The notes beneath the pieces were generated by a model. It was not told the DNA's origin and did not search any database. It worked only from the letters and a program-made list of their open reading frames with translations. The position numbers and the translations under genes were made by a program. Below are positions 16,138 through 25,315 of a stretch of DNA of 40,000 nt, in pieces. The number at the start of each line of letters is the position of its first letter. Positions within the stretch are counted from its first letter, which is position 1. Source of the DNA: Methylomonas defluvii (GTDB lineage: Bacteria > Pseudomonadota > Gammaproteobacteria > Methylococcales > Methylomonadaceae); the NCBI RefSeq assembly GCF_033949435.1, contig NZ_JAXARY010000002.1:257119-297118 (forward strand), read 5' to 3'.

Positions 16138-16404
16138 GGCTGGGGCGGGCTTTATCCCGTATGCCGCGCCGAGCACCGGAGCTTTTGACGGGAACAGCCC
16201 GCAGGGGCGATGCAGGGATGCATCGCGTTGACGAAGGGGCAGGAAGCCCCTTTCGGCAACCCCCGCCAAAAGCGAGGAGCGCAGGGAATAAGCGGCATCC
16301 GGGTCGCCTTTTCTTTGGATACTTTCTTTTGGCGACGCAAAAGAAAGTATCTCGGTCGTCGGTCCGAGAACCGACATTCAAATACCCGTCGCGATAGCGA
16401 CACA
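16138..16404. repeat. Copy B of the ~258-bp structured repeat (inverted relative to copy A)
   Basis: See copy A. The outer ends of both copies read TGTGTCGCT(G/A)TCGCGAC. The ORFs called inside the copies are artefacts of the repeat. Confidence 0.9.
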
Positions 16405-16435
16405 TTTAACCCAAATAGCTTTTAATAAATAAAAA

Positions 16436-16678
16436 CTAAACAACCTCACCCTCTTCATACAAAGTCTCCGGCGCAATATCCGCCCCATTCGGCCAAGAAA
16501 TACTCCAGCCGTCGACAAAAAACTTCTGAAAATATTGCTGATCTTTCAATGGCTCAAAAACCTCGCCATTCAGCCATTTCCAACAATCGGCAATTCGCTT
16601 TTCGCCATTGTCGAAAGTCAGCTTGATTTTATAACCGCTCAAATATTCGGCATCGACGACAACTGGCATGTATTGCAT
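16436..16678 (-). CDS. DUF2442-like small protein (80 aa)
   Basis: The pattern YKIKLTFDNGEKRIAD...W...DIAPETLYE is typical of DUF2442 as I recall it. It starts 2 nt after the hicA stop. Confidence 0.7.
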   Translation of the reverse strand: MQYMPVVVDAEYLSGYKIKLTFDNGEKRIADCWKWLNGEVFEPLKDQQYFQKFFVDGWSISWPNGADIAPETLYEEGEVV

Positions 16679-16680
16679 AG

Positions 16681-16860
16681 CTATTTACCACTCAATTTCT
16701 TGATAATAGTTTTCGCCAGATAATCATTAATTTCACTATGCCTTGGCACAGCTTGAGATTGCCGAGTTTCATCGTTGGTATACCAGTCATGATTACCACC
16801 ATGTCTAGAAAGACGACACCCCATTTCTTCCAAGATTTTCAGCAAATCCCTTCTTTTCAT
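16681..16860 (-). CDS. hicA: HicA-family mRNA interferase toxin
   Basis: The sequence MKRRDLLKILEEMGCRLSRHGGNHDWY...PRHSEI is the YcfA/HicA pattern. Its ATG overlaps the hicB stop (TGATG). Confidence 0.8.
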   Translation of the reverse strand: MKRRDLLKILEEMGCRLSRHGGNHDWYTNDETRQSQAVPRHSEINDYLAKTIIKKLSGK

Positions 16861-17057
16861 CAAGCGACCTGCAAGGTCTCCACTTTGCGAATGAAAGGAA
16901 TTTCTTGAGTTTCAAGATCCTTATACAAATCCAGCAAGTTTCCCTGTAATTCTTGTTTGGTTTCACCTTGTGTCAAATAATCAGGATATTCATTCAAAAA
17001 ACCCAAATAAAAATCGCCGTCTTTCCAGCAAGTATATTCAATCGTTTTCATGGCCAT
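16860..17057 (-). CDS. hicB: HicB-family antitoxin (short form)
   Basis: It has the HicB N-domain pattern (IEYTCWKDGDFYLGFLNEYPDYLTQGETKQEL) and lies upstream of, and overlapping, hicA. Confidence 0.7.
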   Translation of the reverse strand: MAMKTIEYTCWKDGDFYLGFLNEYPDYLTQGETKQELQGNLLDLYKDLETQEIPFIRKVETLQVA

Positions 17058-17099
17058 CTCCCAACAAAAAGCTCAAACCACCCGCCGTAATAATTAATC

Positions 17100-19709
17100 C
17101 TAACCCAACCGCTCCCTCACCCACTCCGGCACCGCCGCCAACGCCGCCGGCAATCCGGCAGGATCATTACCGCCGGCCTGCGCCATGTCCGGCCGGCCAC
17201 CGCCTTTACCACCGACTTGAGTAGCGACAAAATTCACCAACTCGCCGGCTTTGACTTTATCCATCGCATCCTTGGACACGCTGGCGATCAGACTGACTTT
17301 ATCGCCGCTAACAGCCGCCAGAACCAAAGCCGAGCTGCCCAATTTGTTCTTCAACTGATCGGCCAGATCGCGCAAGGCTTTGGGATCGACGTCGTCCAGT
17401 TTCACGGCCAGCACTTTCACGCCGTTGACATCGACGGCTTGGCTGGTCATTTCGTCACCGGCCGAGCTGGCGAATTTGGCTTTGAGTTTTTCCAGTTCTT
17501 TTTCAAGGCCACGAGTTTTTTCCATCAGTTGATGGACTTTGTCGGCGGCTTTGTCCGGTGCTGCTTTCAATAACCCGGCGATGCTGAGCAAGGCTTTTTC
17601 GCGCTGGTCGATCCAATCCAACGCACCTTGACCGGTCACTGCTTCCAGACGTCTGACGCCGGCCGCGACGCCGGTTTCGCCGATGATTTTGAACAAGCCG
17701 ATGTCGCCGGTACGTTGCACGTGGGTGCCACCGCACAATTCGGTGGAAAAATCACCCATCGTCAGTACGCGCACTTCATCGCCGTATTTCTCGCCGAACA
17801 GGGCCATCGCGCCGGCTTTCACCGCATCGTCCTTGGCCATGATTTCGGCAGCAACCGGGTTGTTCAAACGAATCTGTTCGTTGACCAAGCGTTCGACGGC
17901 GGCAATTTCTGCCGGCGTCATCGGTTCGAAATGCGAAAAGTCGAAACGCAAGCGTTCGGAATTAACCTGCGAGCCTTTTTGCTGAACATGCTCGCCCAAG
18001 GTCGCCCGCAGCGCGGCGTGCAGTAAGTGCGTCGCCGAGTGATTGCGTTCGGTCGCTTTGCGGATTTCGGCATCGACGCTGACTTCGCAGGCTTGACCTT
18101 CGCTGAGCGTGCCGCGCAACACTTTACCTTTGTGCAGGAACAAATTACCGCCCTGCTTTTGGGTATCGTGAACCTCGAACACCGCATCGCCGCATTCGAT
18201 TCGGCCGGTATCGCCGACTTGGCCGCCGGACTCGGCATAGAATGGGGTTTGATCCAGAATCACCACGCCGTCGTCGCCGGCTTCCAACGCTTCGACCGGC
18301 TGGCCTTGCTTGAACAAGCCCAGGATTTGCACCGAGCCGTCCAAATGAAAATAACCGGTAAATTCGGTACTGCTGTCGTGTTTGATGTCTTGATCGTAAT
18401 CAGCGGCAAACGTACCGCCGGCCCGCGCCCGATCACGCTGCGCAGCCATTTCCACTTCGAAACCGGCGTGATCGACGCTGAGTTGGTGTTCGCGGGCGAA
18501 GTCGGCGGTCAAATCGACCGGGAAGCCGTAAGTGTCGTACAGCAAGAACACTACATCGCCGGGGATGACATGGCCGTCCATTTTGGCGACGCAGGCTTCC
18601 AGAATTTTCATACCCTGTTCGAGGGTTTCCGCGAAGCGCTCTTCTTCTTTTTTCAGTATCCGCTCGACTTGTTCCTGGGCATTCGCCAGTTCTGGATAAG
18701 CCTCCCCCATTTCCACCACTAGCGGCGCAACCAGTTTGTAGAAGAAGGTATCCTGAATACCCAAGCGGTAACCGTGACGAATCGCCCGGCGGATAATTCG
18801 GCGCAACACGTACCCGCGACCTTCGTTGGACGGCAACACGCCGTCAGCGACCATGAAAGCGCAGGAGCGGATGTGATCGGCGATTACCCGTAACGAGCTA
18901 TTCGCTAAATCGTCGGTGCCGGCTAGTTGCGCGGCGACTTTTAACAGGTTTTGGAACAGGTCGATTTCGTAGTTGCTGTGCACGCCTTGCATCACCGCCG
19001 AAATCCGCTCCAGGCCCATGCCGGTATCGACCGATGGCGCCGGTAGCGGCGTCAAATTACCGTCCTTGTCGCGGTCGTATTGCATGAACACCAAATTCCA
19101 GATTTCGATGTAACGGTCGCCGTCTTCGTCCGGGCTGCCGGGAGGGCCGCCGGCCACGTGTTCGCCGTGGTCGTAGAAAATCTCGGTGCAGGGACCGCAG
19201 GGGCCAACATCGCCCATCGACCAGAAATTGTCCTTGGCGCCGATGCGTGAGAAGCGCTTGGGATCGTGTTTGACGTCTTCCAACCAGATCGCTTCGGCTT
19301 CGGAATCTTCATCAAATACCGTCACCCACAGCCTTTCTTTGGGAATGCCCAGCTCCTTGGTCAGGAAGTCCCAGGCAAAATGAATCGCATCGCGCTTGAA
19401 ATAATCGCCGAAACTGAAATTACCCAGCATCTCGAAGAAGGTGTGATGGCGCGCCGTATAACCGACGTTTTCCAAATCGTTATGCTTGCCGCCGGCCCGC
19501 ACGCAGCGTTGGCTGGTGGCGGCACGGGTGAAATCGAGCTTTTCCCGCCCCAGGAATACGTCTTTGAATTGCACCATCCCGGCGTTGGTAAACAACAAGG
19601 TCGGATCATTACCCGGCACCAGCGAACTGGAGGGACGCACGGCGTGGCCGTGTTGGCGAAAGAATTCCAAAAAGGCGGCCCGCAATTCGGCGCTGGTCAT
19701 TTTTTTCAT
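17100..19709 (-). CDS. alaS: Alanine--tRNA ligase
   Basis: The length is 869 aa. The N-terminus [14 protein letters not shown]...PSSSLVP...[11 protein letters not shown] and the editing-domain [12 protein letters not shown] are classic AlaRS features. Confidence 0.97.
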   Translation of the reverse strand: MKKMTSAELRAAFLEFFRQHGHAVRPSSSLVPGNDPTLLFTNAGMVQFKDVFLGREKLDFTRAATSQRCVRAGGKHNDLENVGYTARHHTFFEMLGNFSFGDYFKRDAIHFAWDFLTKELGIPKERLWVTVFDEDSEAEAIWLEDVKHDPKRFSRIGAKDNFWSMGDVGPCGPCTEIFYDHGEHVAGGPPGSPDEDGDRYIEIWNLVFMQYDRDKDGNLTPLPAPSVDTGMGLERISAVMQGVHSNYEIDLFQNLLKVAAQLAGTDDLANSSLRVIADHIRSCAFMVADGVLPSNEGRGYVLRRIIRRAIRHGYRLGIQDTFFYKLVAPLVVEMGEAYPELANAQEQVERILKKEEERFAETLEQGMKILEACVAKMDGHVIPGDVVFLLYDTYGFPVDLTADFAREHQLSVDHAGFEVEMAAQRDRARAGGTFAADYDQDIKHDSSTEFTGYFHLDGSVQILGLFKQGQPVEALEAGDDGVVILDQTPFYAESGGQVGDTGRIECGDAVFEVHDTQKQGGNLFLHKGKVLRGTLSEGQACEVSVDAEIRKATERNHSATHLLHAALRATLGEHVQQKGSQVNSERLRFDFSHFEPMTPAEIAAVERLVNEQIRLNNPVAAEIMAKDDAVKAGAMALFGEKYGDEVRVLTMGDFSTELCGGTHVQRTGDIGLFKIIGETGVAAGVRRLEAVTGQGALDWIDQREKALLSIAGLLKAAPDKAADKVHQLMEKTRGLEKELEKLKAKFASSAGDEMTSQAVDVNGVKVLAVKLDDVDPKALRDLADQLKNKLGSSALVLAAVSGDKVSLIASVSKDAMDKVKAGELVNFVATQVGGKGGGRPDMAQAGGNDPAGLPAALAAVPEWVRERLG

Positions 19710-19818
19710 GGTGGTTAATCAATGTTTTGTGTTAACAAATATTTGTGACACACCATCACGGCAATGGCGCACCGGTCGAAATTGCTGAGATCAATATACT
19801 CCGTGAATCCCAAGGTTA

Positions 19819-20145
19819 TTAGAGCCAGTCACTCCATCGCCTAATTCGCTCATTTTCCAAACGAGCTTTAATATTTATAGGGTCTTGCCGACAATCCATC
19901 ACGGCATAAACAGAAACAAATTCATCATCGACAGTGTAATAAATCGCATACGGAAAGCTTCTTGCTAACAGCCGATGAAAGTCAGCAAACTTTTGGGGAT
20001 GAATGCCGGCATAAAGAGCCAGCGAATCAATATCCGCATAAAGAGAGTCCAAAAAATAACGGCCGACGCCCTCTTGTTGCCGCTCGTAAAACTCAAAGCC
20101 ATCCAGCAAATCAAATTTCGCGCTGTCAAAAATTCGAATTTTCAT
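19819..20145 (-). CDS. ParE/RelE-family toxin
   Basis: The length is 108 aa. The pattern ARSFPYAIYYTVDDEFVSVYAVMDCRQDP is typical of plasmid-stabilisation ParE-type toxins. It has a 4-nt overlap with the upstream antitoxin. Confidence 0.75.
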   Translation of the reverse strand: MKIRIFDSAKFDLLDGFEFYERQQEGVGRYFLDSLYADIDSLALYAGIHPQKFADFHRLLARSFPYAIYYTVDDEFVSVYAVMDCRQDPINIKARLENERIRRWSDWL

Positions 20146-20360
20146 CGAATCCTATCTTGAATTTCCCGCTTTGCTGCTTCCCAATCCGTAAAACCAATCT
20201 CACCCGACTCCGCCAGGCGCTTTCTTTCCGCCAACAAATGACCATGCCAATCAGGTGATGAATAGTCAGCTGCTCGAGTGGATAAATCGTTCCATAGCTC
20301 TTCCATCATGCCAATTTTCTCGGCAACCGACATTTCTTTTAGCGGCAGTGTAACTTTCAT
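20142..20360 (-). CDS. Addiction-module antitoxin component (Unstab_antitox-like)
   Basis: The sequence is MKVTLPLKEMSVAEKIGMMEELWNDL...SPDWHGHLLAERKRL. I prefer the internal start at 20360 over the track start at 20435. Confidence 0.7.
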   Translation of the reverse strand: MKVTLPLKEMSVAEKIGMMEELWNDLSTRAADYSSPDWHGHLLAERKRLAESGEIGFTDWEAAKREIQDRIR

Positions 20361-20441
20361 AAATTCGCTCCCGAAAGGCCTAGCAGGAAACCGAGGCGGA
20401 TCGCGGAATGCACGATTGGGTCCGCCAAATGCCAACTTAGT

Positions 20442-20957
20442 TTACTTTGCATGCGTATTGGCATCCGCTCTAGCCAATTTTATTTTCAATTCCGCAAACA
20501 AGCGCTTGATCATCTCGCCGCTGAAGCCGCGTTGCTGTAAAAAGCGACTGCGCTTCAACCATTCGTTTTGGGTCAGCGATTTTTCGTCGTCGTATTTACG
20601 CGAATACACATCCAGCAGCACATTTTGCCAGCCGCCTTGCTCCTCGGCCTGTGCATCCAGATCGGCGTCGTTGATACCGCGCTGTTGCAGTTCGTAGCGA
20701 ATTCGCATCGGGCCATAGCCATTCTGGATACGTTGTCGGACATAGCACTCGGCATAACGTGCATCGTTTTGCCAGTTCTGCTCGGCTATCTGATCGATAA
20801 CCGGTTCAACGTCTTCGCGGTCAAAACCGCGCAAGGCCAGTTTATCCAGCAGTTCCCGGCGGCTATGTTCGCGCCGGGCCAACAACCTCAGGCAAATGGC
20901 TTCGATCTGTTGCCGGCGCTCAATCGCCGTCGACAAACTCGGCGTCGTCGTCTTCAC
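20442..20957 (-). CDS. recX: RecA regulator RecX
   Basis: It lies directly after recA. The repeated helical [16 protein letters not shown] pattern is RecX-like. It overlaps the recA 3' end by 38 nt if the track start is used. Confidence 0.85.
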   Translation of the reverse strand: MKTTTPSLSTAIERRQQIEAICLRLLARREHSRRELLDKLALRGFDREDVEPVIDQIAEQNWQNDARYAECYVRQRIQNGYGPMRIRYELQQRGINDADLDAQAEEQGGWQNVLLDVYSRKYDDEKSLTQNEWLKRSRFLQQRGFSGEMIKRLFAELKIKLARADANTHAK

Positions 20958-21972
20958 TGACTGCTGCCGGCGCGTTCGCTAGTTTGGCAAAGGCTTTCTC
21001 GCGGATGGCCTTTTCCAATTCGGCGGCCTTATCCGGGTTATCGCGTAAAAACTGCTTGGCGTTATCCTTGCCCTGGCCGATTTTCTCGTTGTTGTAGGCA
21101 TACCAGGAACCGGATTTTTGCACGAAGCCGAATTCCACACCCAAGTCGACCAACTCGCCGAAGAACGATACGCCTTCACCGTAGAGGATTTCGAAATCGG
21201 CTTGCTTGAACGGCGGAGCCACTTTGTTTTTGACCACTTTGACGCGGGTTTCGTTACCGATCACCTCGTCGCCTTTCTTGATTGCGCCGATGCGGCGAAT
21301 ATCCAGACGCACCGAGGCATAAAACTTCAGCGCATTACCGCCGGTAGTGGTTTCCGGGTTGCCGAACATCACCCCAATTTTCATCCGCAACTGGTTGATG
21401 AAAATCACCAAAGTGTTGGAACGTTTGATATTGGCGGTCAGTTTGCGCAAGGCTTGCGACATCAAGCGCGCTTGCAAACCCATGTGCGAGTCGCCCATAT
21501 CGCCTTCGATTTCGGCCTTGGGTGTTAAAGCGGCCACCGAGTCGACCACCACGATGTCGACCGCGCCTGAGCGCACCAGCATATCGGTGATCTCCAGGGC
21601 TTGCTCGCCGGTATCCGGCTGCGAAACCAACAAATCGTCGATATTGACGCCGATTTTTTGCGCATAGATCGGATCCAGCGCGTGTTCGGCATCGACGAAT
21701 GCCGCCGTGCCGCCCAACTTTTGCATCTGGGCGATGGTTTGCAGCGTCAAGGTGGTTTTACCCGACGACTCCGGCCCGTAAATTTCGATGATCCGGCCGC
21801 GCGGCAAACCGCCGACACCCAGCGCAATATCCAAGGACAGCGAGCCGGTTGATACGACTTCGATGTCGCGGCTGGCGGCGACATCGCCCATCCGCATCAC
21901 GGAGCCCTTGCCGAATTGCTTTTCGATCTGCATCAACGCGGCGCCCAGCGCCTTTTTTTTGTTTTCGTCCAT
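20920..21972 (-). CDS. recA: Recombinase RecA
   Basis: It has the sequence [12 protein letters not shown], the Walker [11 protein letters not shown], and full-length RecA colinearity. Confidence 0.98.
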   Translation of the reverse strand: MDENKKKALGAALMQIEKQFGKGSVMRMGDVAASRDIEVVSTGSLSLDIALGVGGLPRGRIIEIYGPESSGKTTLTLQTIAQMQKLGGTAAFVDAEHALDPIYAQKIGVNIDDLLVSQPDTGEQALEITDMLVRSGAVDIVVVDSVAALTPKAEIEGDMGDSHMGLQARLMSQALRKLTANIKRSNTLVIFINQLRMKIGVMFGNPETTTGGNALKFYASVRLDIRRIGAIKKGDEVIGNETRVKVVKNKVAPPFKQADFEILYGEGVSFFGELVDLGVEFGFVQKSGSWYAYNNEKIGQGKDNAKQFLRDNPDKAAELEKAIREKAFAKLANAPAAVSEDDDAEFVDGD

Positions 21973-22060
21973 TTGAGTACCTGCTGTTGTCTGGCCGGTG
22001 AAAGCCGCGCATTATCCCATAGACCCTGGCTGTGAAACAGTTTTAATCGTTCTGCAAAGC

Positions 22061-23353
22061 CTAGAAAAAACCGGCAGCAAGTTGCGGGTTGAAAGGAAAA
22101 TACAGGTGCAGGTAAGAGGCTTGCAGCGAGCCACTACGAAAAAATCCTTCGCCATGACCAAAGCTGCGTTGCGGCGAGGAAACCGCAATCGGCTCCAGCG
22201 TGGTTTCCAGCTTGGAAAAATGAAAACTGTGACCGCGAATCTCGCCCTGCGCCAATTGCAGACTGTGCATACCCAAATTGGCCAAGCGGGTTTGCATGAC
22301 TGCGCTGCCGGGTAACAAGCCTACCATCGCCGCTCGCTGGCCTTCTTTATCAGCCAGACTATCCAGCAAATACAAAAAGCCGCCGCATTCGGCATAGATG
22401 GCTTTGCCGACCTGATGATGCTCGGTTAAAGCCTGCTTCATCGCCAAGTTGTCGGCTAAAGCTTGCAGATGCAGTTCCGGGTAGCCGCCCGGCAAGTAAA
22501 CGCTATCGGCCTCCGGCAAAGCACTATCAGCCAACGGCGAGAAGAACAACAGCTCCGCCCCCATCGCTCGCAAACAATCCAAATTGGCTTGATAAATAAA
22601 CGAAAATGCCGCGTCGCGCGCCACCGCGATGCGTTTACCCTGCAACAACCGTGGCGGCAGATTGGTAGAAACGTCCGCAAAGGTAACTGGCTCGGGCAAA
22701 ACACAGGGCGTAAAGCTGTTCAATAATTCCGCAGCCCGCGCCAGCCGAGCATCCAGATCGCCGATTTCATCCGCCTGCAGCAAGCCCAAATGCCGGGAAG
22801 GCAAGCCGACTGCCTCGTCTCGACTCATCGCCGCCAACAAAGGCATGCCGACCGGCAAGGCTTCTTGCAACATCCTGGCGTGACCCGCGCTACCGACCTT
22901 GTTGGCTATCGCGCCCGCGAACGCCAAACCCGGCCGATAGTTTGCCAAACCGAATGCGACTGCGGCAAAGGTTTGCGCCATCCCTTGCGCATCAATCACC
23001 GCCGCCACCGGCACCGCCAAGGCTTGGGCCAAATCGGCGCTGCTACTGTCGCCATCGAACAAGCCCATCACGCCTTCGATCAAGATCAGATCTGCTTCGC
23101 CGGCGGCGCGATACAGCAATTCCCGGCAATGCACCTCGCCCATCATCCATAAATCCAGTTGATAAACCGGCTGCCCGCTGGCGTAAGCCAAAATCTGCGG
23201 ATCGATGAAATCCGGGCCGGTCTTGAATACCCGAACCCGACGGCCTTGCTGTCTATGATAGTAAGCCAGCGCGGCGGTGACGGTGGTTTTGCCTTGCCCG
23301 GAAGCCGGGGCGCTGATTAACATGGCCGGACAACAGCGCGGGTTGGTCGTCAT
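22061..23353 (-). CDS. cobB: Cobyrinate a,c-diamide synthase (CobB/CbiA family)
   Basis: It has the P-loop SGQGKTTVTAAL, the KTGPDFIDP motif, and a C-terminal amidotransferase region (YAECGGFLYL, GHSFHFS). The start at 23353 (MTTNPR) avoids overlap with the upstream gene. Confidence 0.85.
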   Translation of the reverse strand: MTTNPRCCPAMLISAPASGQGKTTVTAALAYYHRQQGRRVRVFKTGPDFIDPQILAYASGQPVYQLDLWMMGEVHCRELLYRAAGEADLILIEGVMGLFDGDSSSADLAQALAVPVAAVIDAQGMAQTFAAVAFGLANYRPGLAFAGAIANKVGSAGHARMLQEALPVGMPLLAAMSRDEAVGLPSRHLGLLQADEIGDLDARLARAAELLNSFTPCVLPEPVTFADVSTNLPPRLLQGKRIAVARDAAFSFIYQANLDCLRAMGAELLFFSPLADSALPEADSVYLPGGYPELHLQALADNLAMKQALTEHHQVGKAIYAECGGFLYLLDSLADKEGQRAAMVGLLPGSAVMQTRLANLGMHSLQLAQGEIRGHSFHFSKLETTLEPIAVSSPQRSFGHGEGFFRSGSLQASYLHLYFPFNPQLAAGFF

Positions 23354-23381
23354 GGATGAAACGGGAGAAACAGTCAAAACA

Positions 23382-24134
23382 TCAGTCCTTTCGGTAAAAC
23401 CACATTTGATAAACACTCATTAATATTTGGACGCCCATCGATAAGCCCATCAACGCACCGCTAAGCACTACCACATAGGCAAATTCGGAAATATGCTTGG
23501 TGACAAACCAGGACACCACGTCCAATAGCATTGCAAAAAACGGAATCACCAGCGCCACCCGCTTGACGTAGATATTCATATCGCAGAGCAGAAAAATTTT
23601 GCCAATGAAAAACAGGATGAAGGCAATGCCGAATAAATGAATATGCGACACCCTGACCAGCGCCGGCGTCGACGCCCCGCCTTTATGCGCCACTTCCGCG
23701 ACACCTTCGTAATGCGTCAGATTGGGCAGGCTCGGGTTGGCGGCCGGGTTATGACAGTGGATGCAATCGCGGTTCAAAATCGGCGCGATCTGTTGCTCGT
23801 AAGCCGGTTGCTCCGCGCCATCCTGAATCCATTTCAAGATCACTTCCTTATCGCTTTTGTATTTCAGATTCGGCTCCATGATGCCGTTGACTGCCGCGCC
23901 AAGCCTAGATTGAGTGGTCGAACCGTGGTACATGATGACAATGTCGTCTATCGACAGACCGCGCTTACCATCGCGGCCCTGATGGGTGTAATACAAATTC
24001 ACCAGGGCCATCAGATAGCCCAGCCCGATGGTCAACAGGAAGACAGTATTTAATATTTTCTCGCTGGTGGATATATCTCGAAAACGGCGATATTGCTTCG
24101 GCATAGGCAATTTAGAAAAAGGCAAAGTGGGCAC
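23382..24134 (-). CDS. Membrane protein with a single c-type haem motif (CIHCH)
   Basis: It has an N-terminal TM segment, a soluble segment containing NRDCIHCHNP, and three C-terminal hydrophobic segments. Confidence 0.7.
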   Translation of the reverse strand: MPTLPFSKLPMPKQYRRFRDISTSEKILNTVFLLTIGLGYLMALVNLYYTHQGRDGKRGLSIDDIVIMYHGSTTQSRLGAAVNGIMEPNLKYKSDKEVILKWIQDGAEQPAYEQQIAPILNRDCIHCHNPAANPSLPNLTHYEGVAEVAHKGGASTPALVRVSHIHLFGIAFILFFIGKIFLLCDMNIYVKRVALVIPFFAMLLDVVSWFVTKHISEFAYVVVLSGALMGLSMGVQILMSVYQMWFYRKD

Positions 24135-24463
24135 GATCCATGGCGCTAGACTGGTGCTGCGGAAGCTTCTGACAAGCCAAATCGGCTCCCCAGCGGCTCA
24201 ATGGCATCAAACTGCTTTTAGAATAATCGATATGTAAATATTGATCTATGCCAAGTTCGCGGAAAAATCCTACCGGCGATTTTTATTTTTATCGCATAAT
24301 CGACCATAGTTAAGCGCCAAGAGTGCTTCAAGCTCTCAGAACAGCACGTTCTGGTTTTGAATGAATTTTTCCAACGTCCACGTTTGCTAATACCGCAAAA
24401 ACAACGATGAAACCATCCCCAGCGCTTTAAGTCATTGGGGGATCCAACACAGCAGGAGAACAT

Positions 24464-24937
24464 ATGCGTACTTTATTACTTTCCTTACTTGCCGCTACCA
24501 CCTTTTACAGCAGCTTATCAACCGCTCAAGCCCAAGATTCCGCTAGCGTGGCAATTCCGGATAAAGTCAGGGCGAATATTTTGAAACGACACCCGCAAGC
24601 GCAGGACCTGAAAGCGACTCAGGAAACCCACTTTGGTCAACAGCTACTGGAAGTCAGCTTTAAGGATACGGAAGACGAATTGAAGCATGAGTTATTTAGA
24701 ACCGACGGCGCGTTGTTTGCGAACGAAATCCTGCTGGACAACGGTCTAGAAATATCACCTGACGTGACCAAAGTGCTGGCCGATAACTTCCCCGGCTATA
24801 AGCTGCATAAGGCGGAATTGGTGATTAATCCGAACGGCGTGGGCGAAGAATACGAATTGTTTATTGAGGTGGGTGGCAGCAAATGGAAGGTGGCGGTCAA
24901 CGACAAGGGCAAAATCACGGATAAAGATGCTTATTAA
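24464..24937 (+). CDS. Secreted PepSY-like protein (157 aa)
   Basis: It has a signal peptide (MRTLLLSLLAATTFYSSLSTAQA) and two similar halves. AGGAGA sits upstream of the ATG. Confidence 0.7.
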   Translation: MRTLLLSLLAATTFYSSLSTAQAQDSASVAIPDKVRANILKRHPQAQDLKATQETHFGQQLLEVSFKDTEDELKHELFRTDGALFANEILLDNGLEISPDVTKVLADNFPGYKLHKAELVINPNGVGEEYELFIEVGGSKWKVAVNDKGKITDKDAY

Positions 24938-25020
24938 TGGCTGTCTCCCCAGGCACTTAATGCTAAGAATCTTAGAATTTCCTGCCTGTTAATCGGACAC
25001 TTAAATTTCCCTGCTCCGTC

Positions 25021-25040
25021 ATTCCCGCGTAAGCGGGAAT
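25021..25040. repeat. REP-like hairpin ATTCCCGC-gtaa-GCGGGAAT
   Basis: This is a perfect 8-bp stem in an intergenic region. The motif is of the ATTCCC...GGGAAT kind seen as dispersed repeats in several proteobacteria. Only one copy is in this window. Confidence 0.5.
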
Positions 25041-25315
25041 CCATCTTGAAAACTCGGCCTTAGCATAAGCGTGAGCGACTTTATTGAGGGCCGGTTTAAT
25101 AAATCCGGCCATACTTGAGTGGTTTTCTTACTGCCTGAGTAGGCTGCTTGAGAGTGTCCTGAATTTTGCCCAATAGCTTTGCCCGTATAGACACTCGGGG
25201 AACGCGGACAGGTAAAGCGCGCCGCTAGCCGTTTAATCTGACGCCTGGATTCGAACCCCAAGTTTCAGGAAATTCCCTATTTTCCGCCCCACCTCGCTAG
25301 TCTTACAATATTGGT

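Noticed and set aside
17217-19788. Many 65-231 aa ORFs antisense to or out of frame with alaS
   Set aside because: They lie entirely within a full-length, unmistakable AlaRS gene. Their Arg/Gly/His-rich composition is typical of GC-rich off-frame translation.
21973-22060. Looked for a LexA/SOS box (CTG-N10-CAG) upstream of recA
   Set aside because: There is no CTGT-N8-ACAG-type palindrome in the 90-bp upstream region. Only a short CTGTGAAACAG is present, with the wrong spacing.
24135-24330. Possible cobalamin riboswitch upstream of the haem-motif-protein/cobB operon. The minus strand contains GCCATTG and GTCAGAAGCTTCCGC (24159-24173), vaguely like GCCACTG and the B12 box.
   Set aside because: The upstream conserved core (GGGAA / GGTG...AATCC stems) is not present. 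The region is AT-rich and the B12-box match is poor. Only a covariance-model search could rescue it.
25240-25262. tRNA-like T-loop motif (minus strand GGGGTTCGAATCC) upstream of relA
   Set aside because: I could not fold flanking sequence into T-stem, anticodon or acceptor arms. It is possibly a relic fragment or chance, not a tRNA gene.
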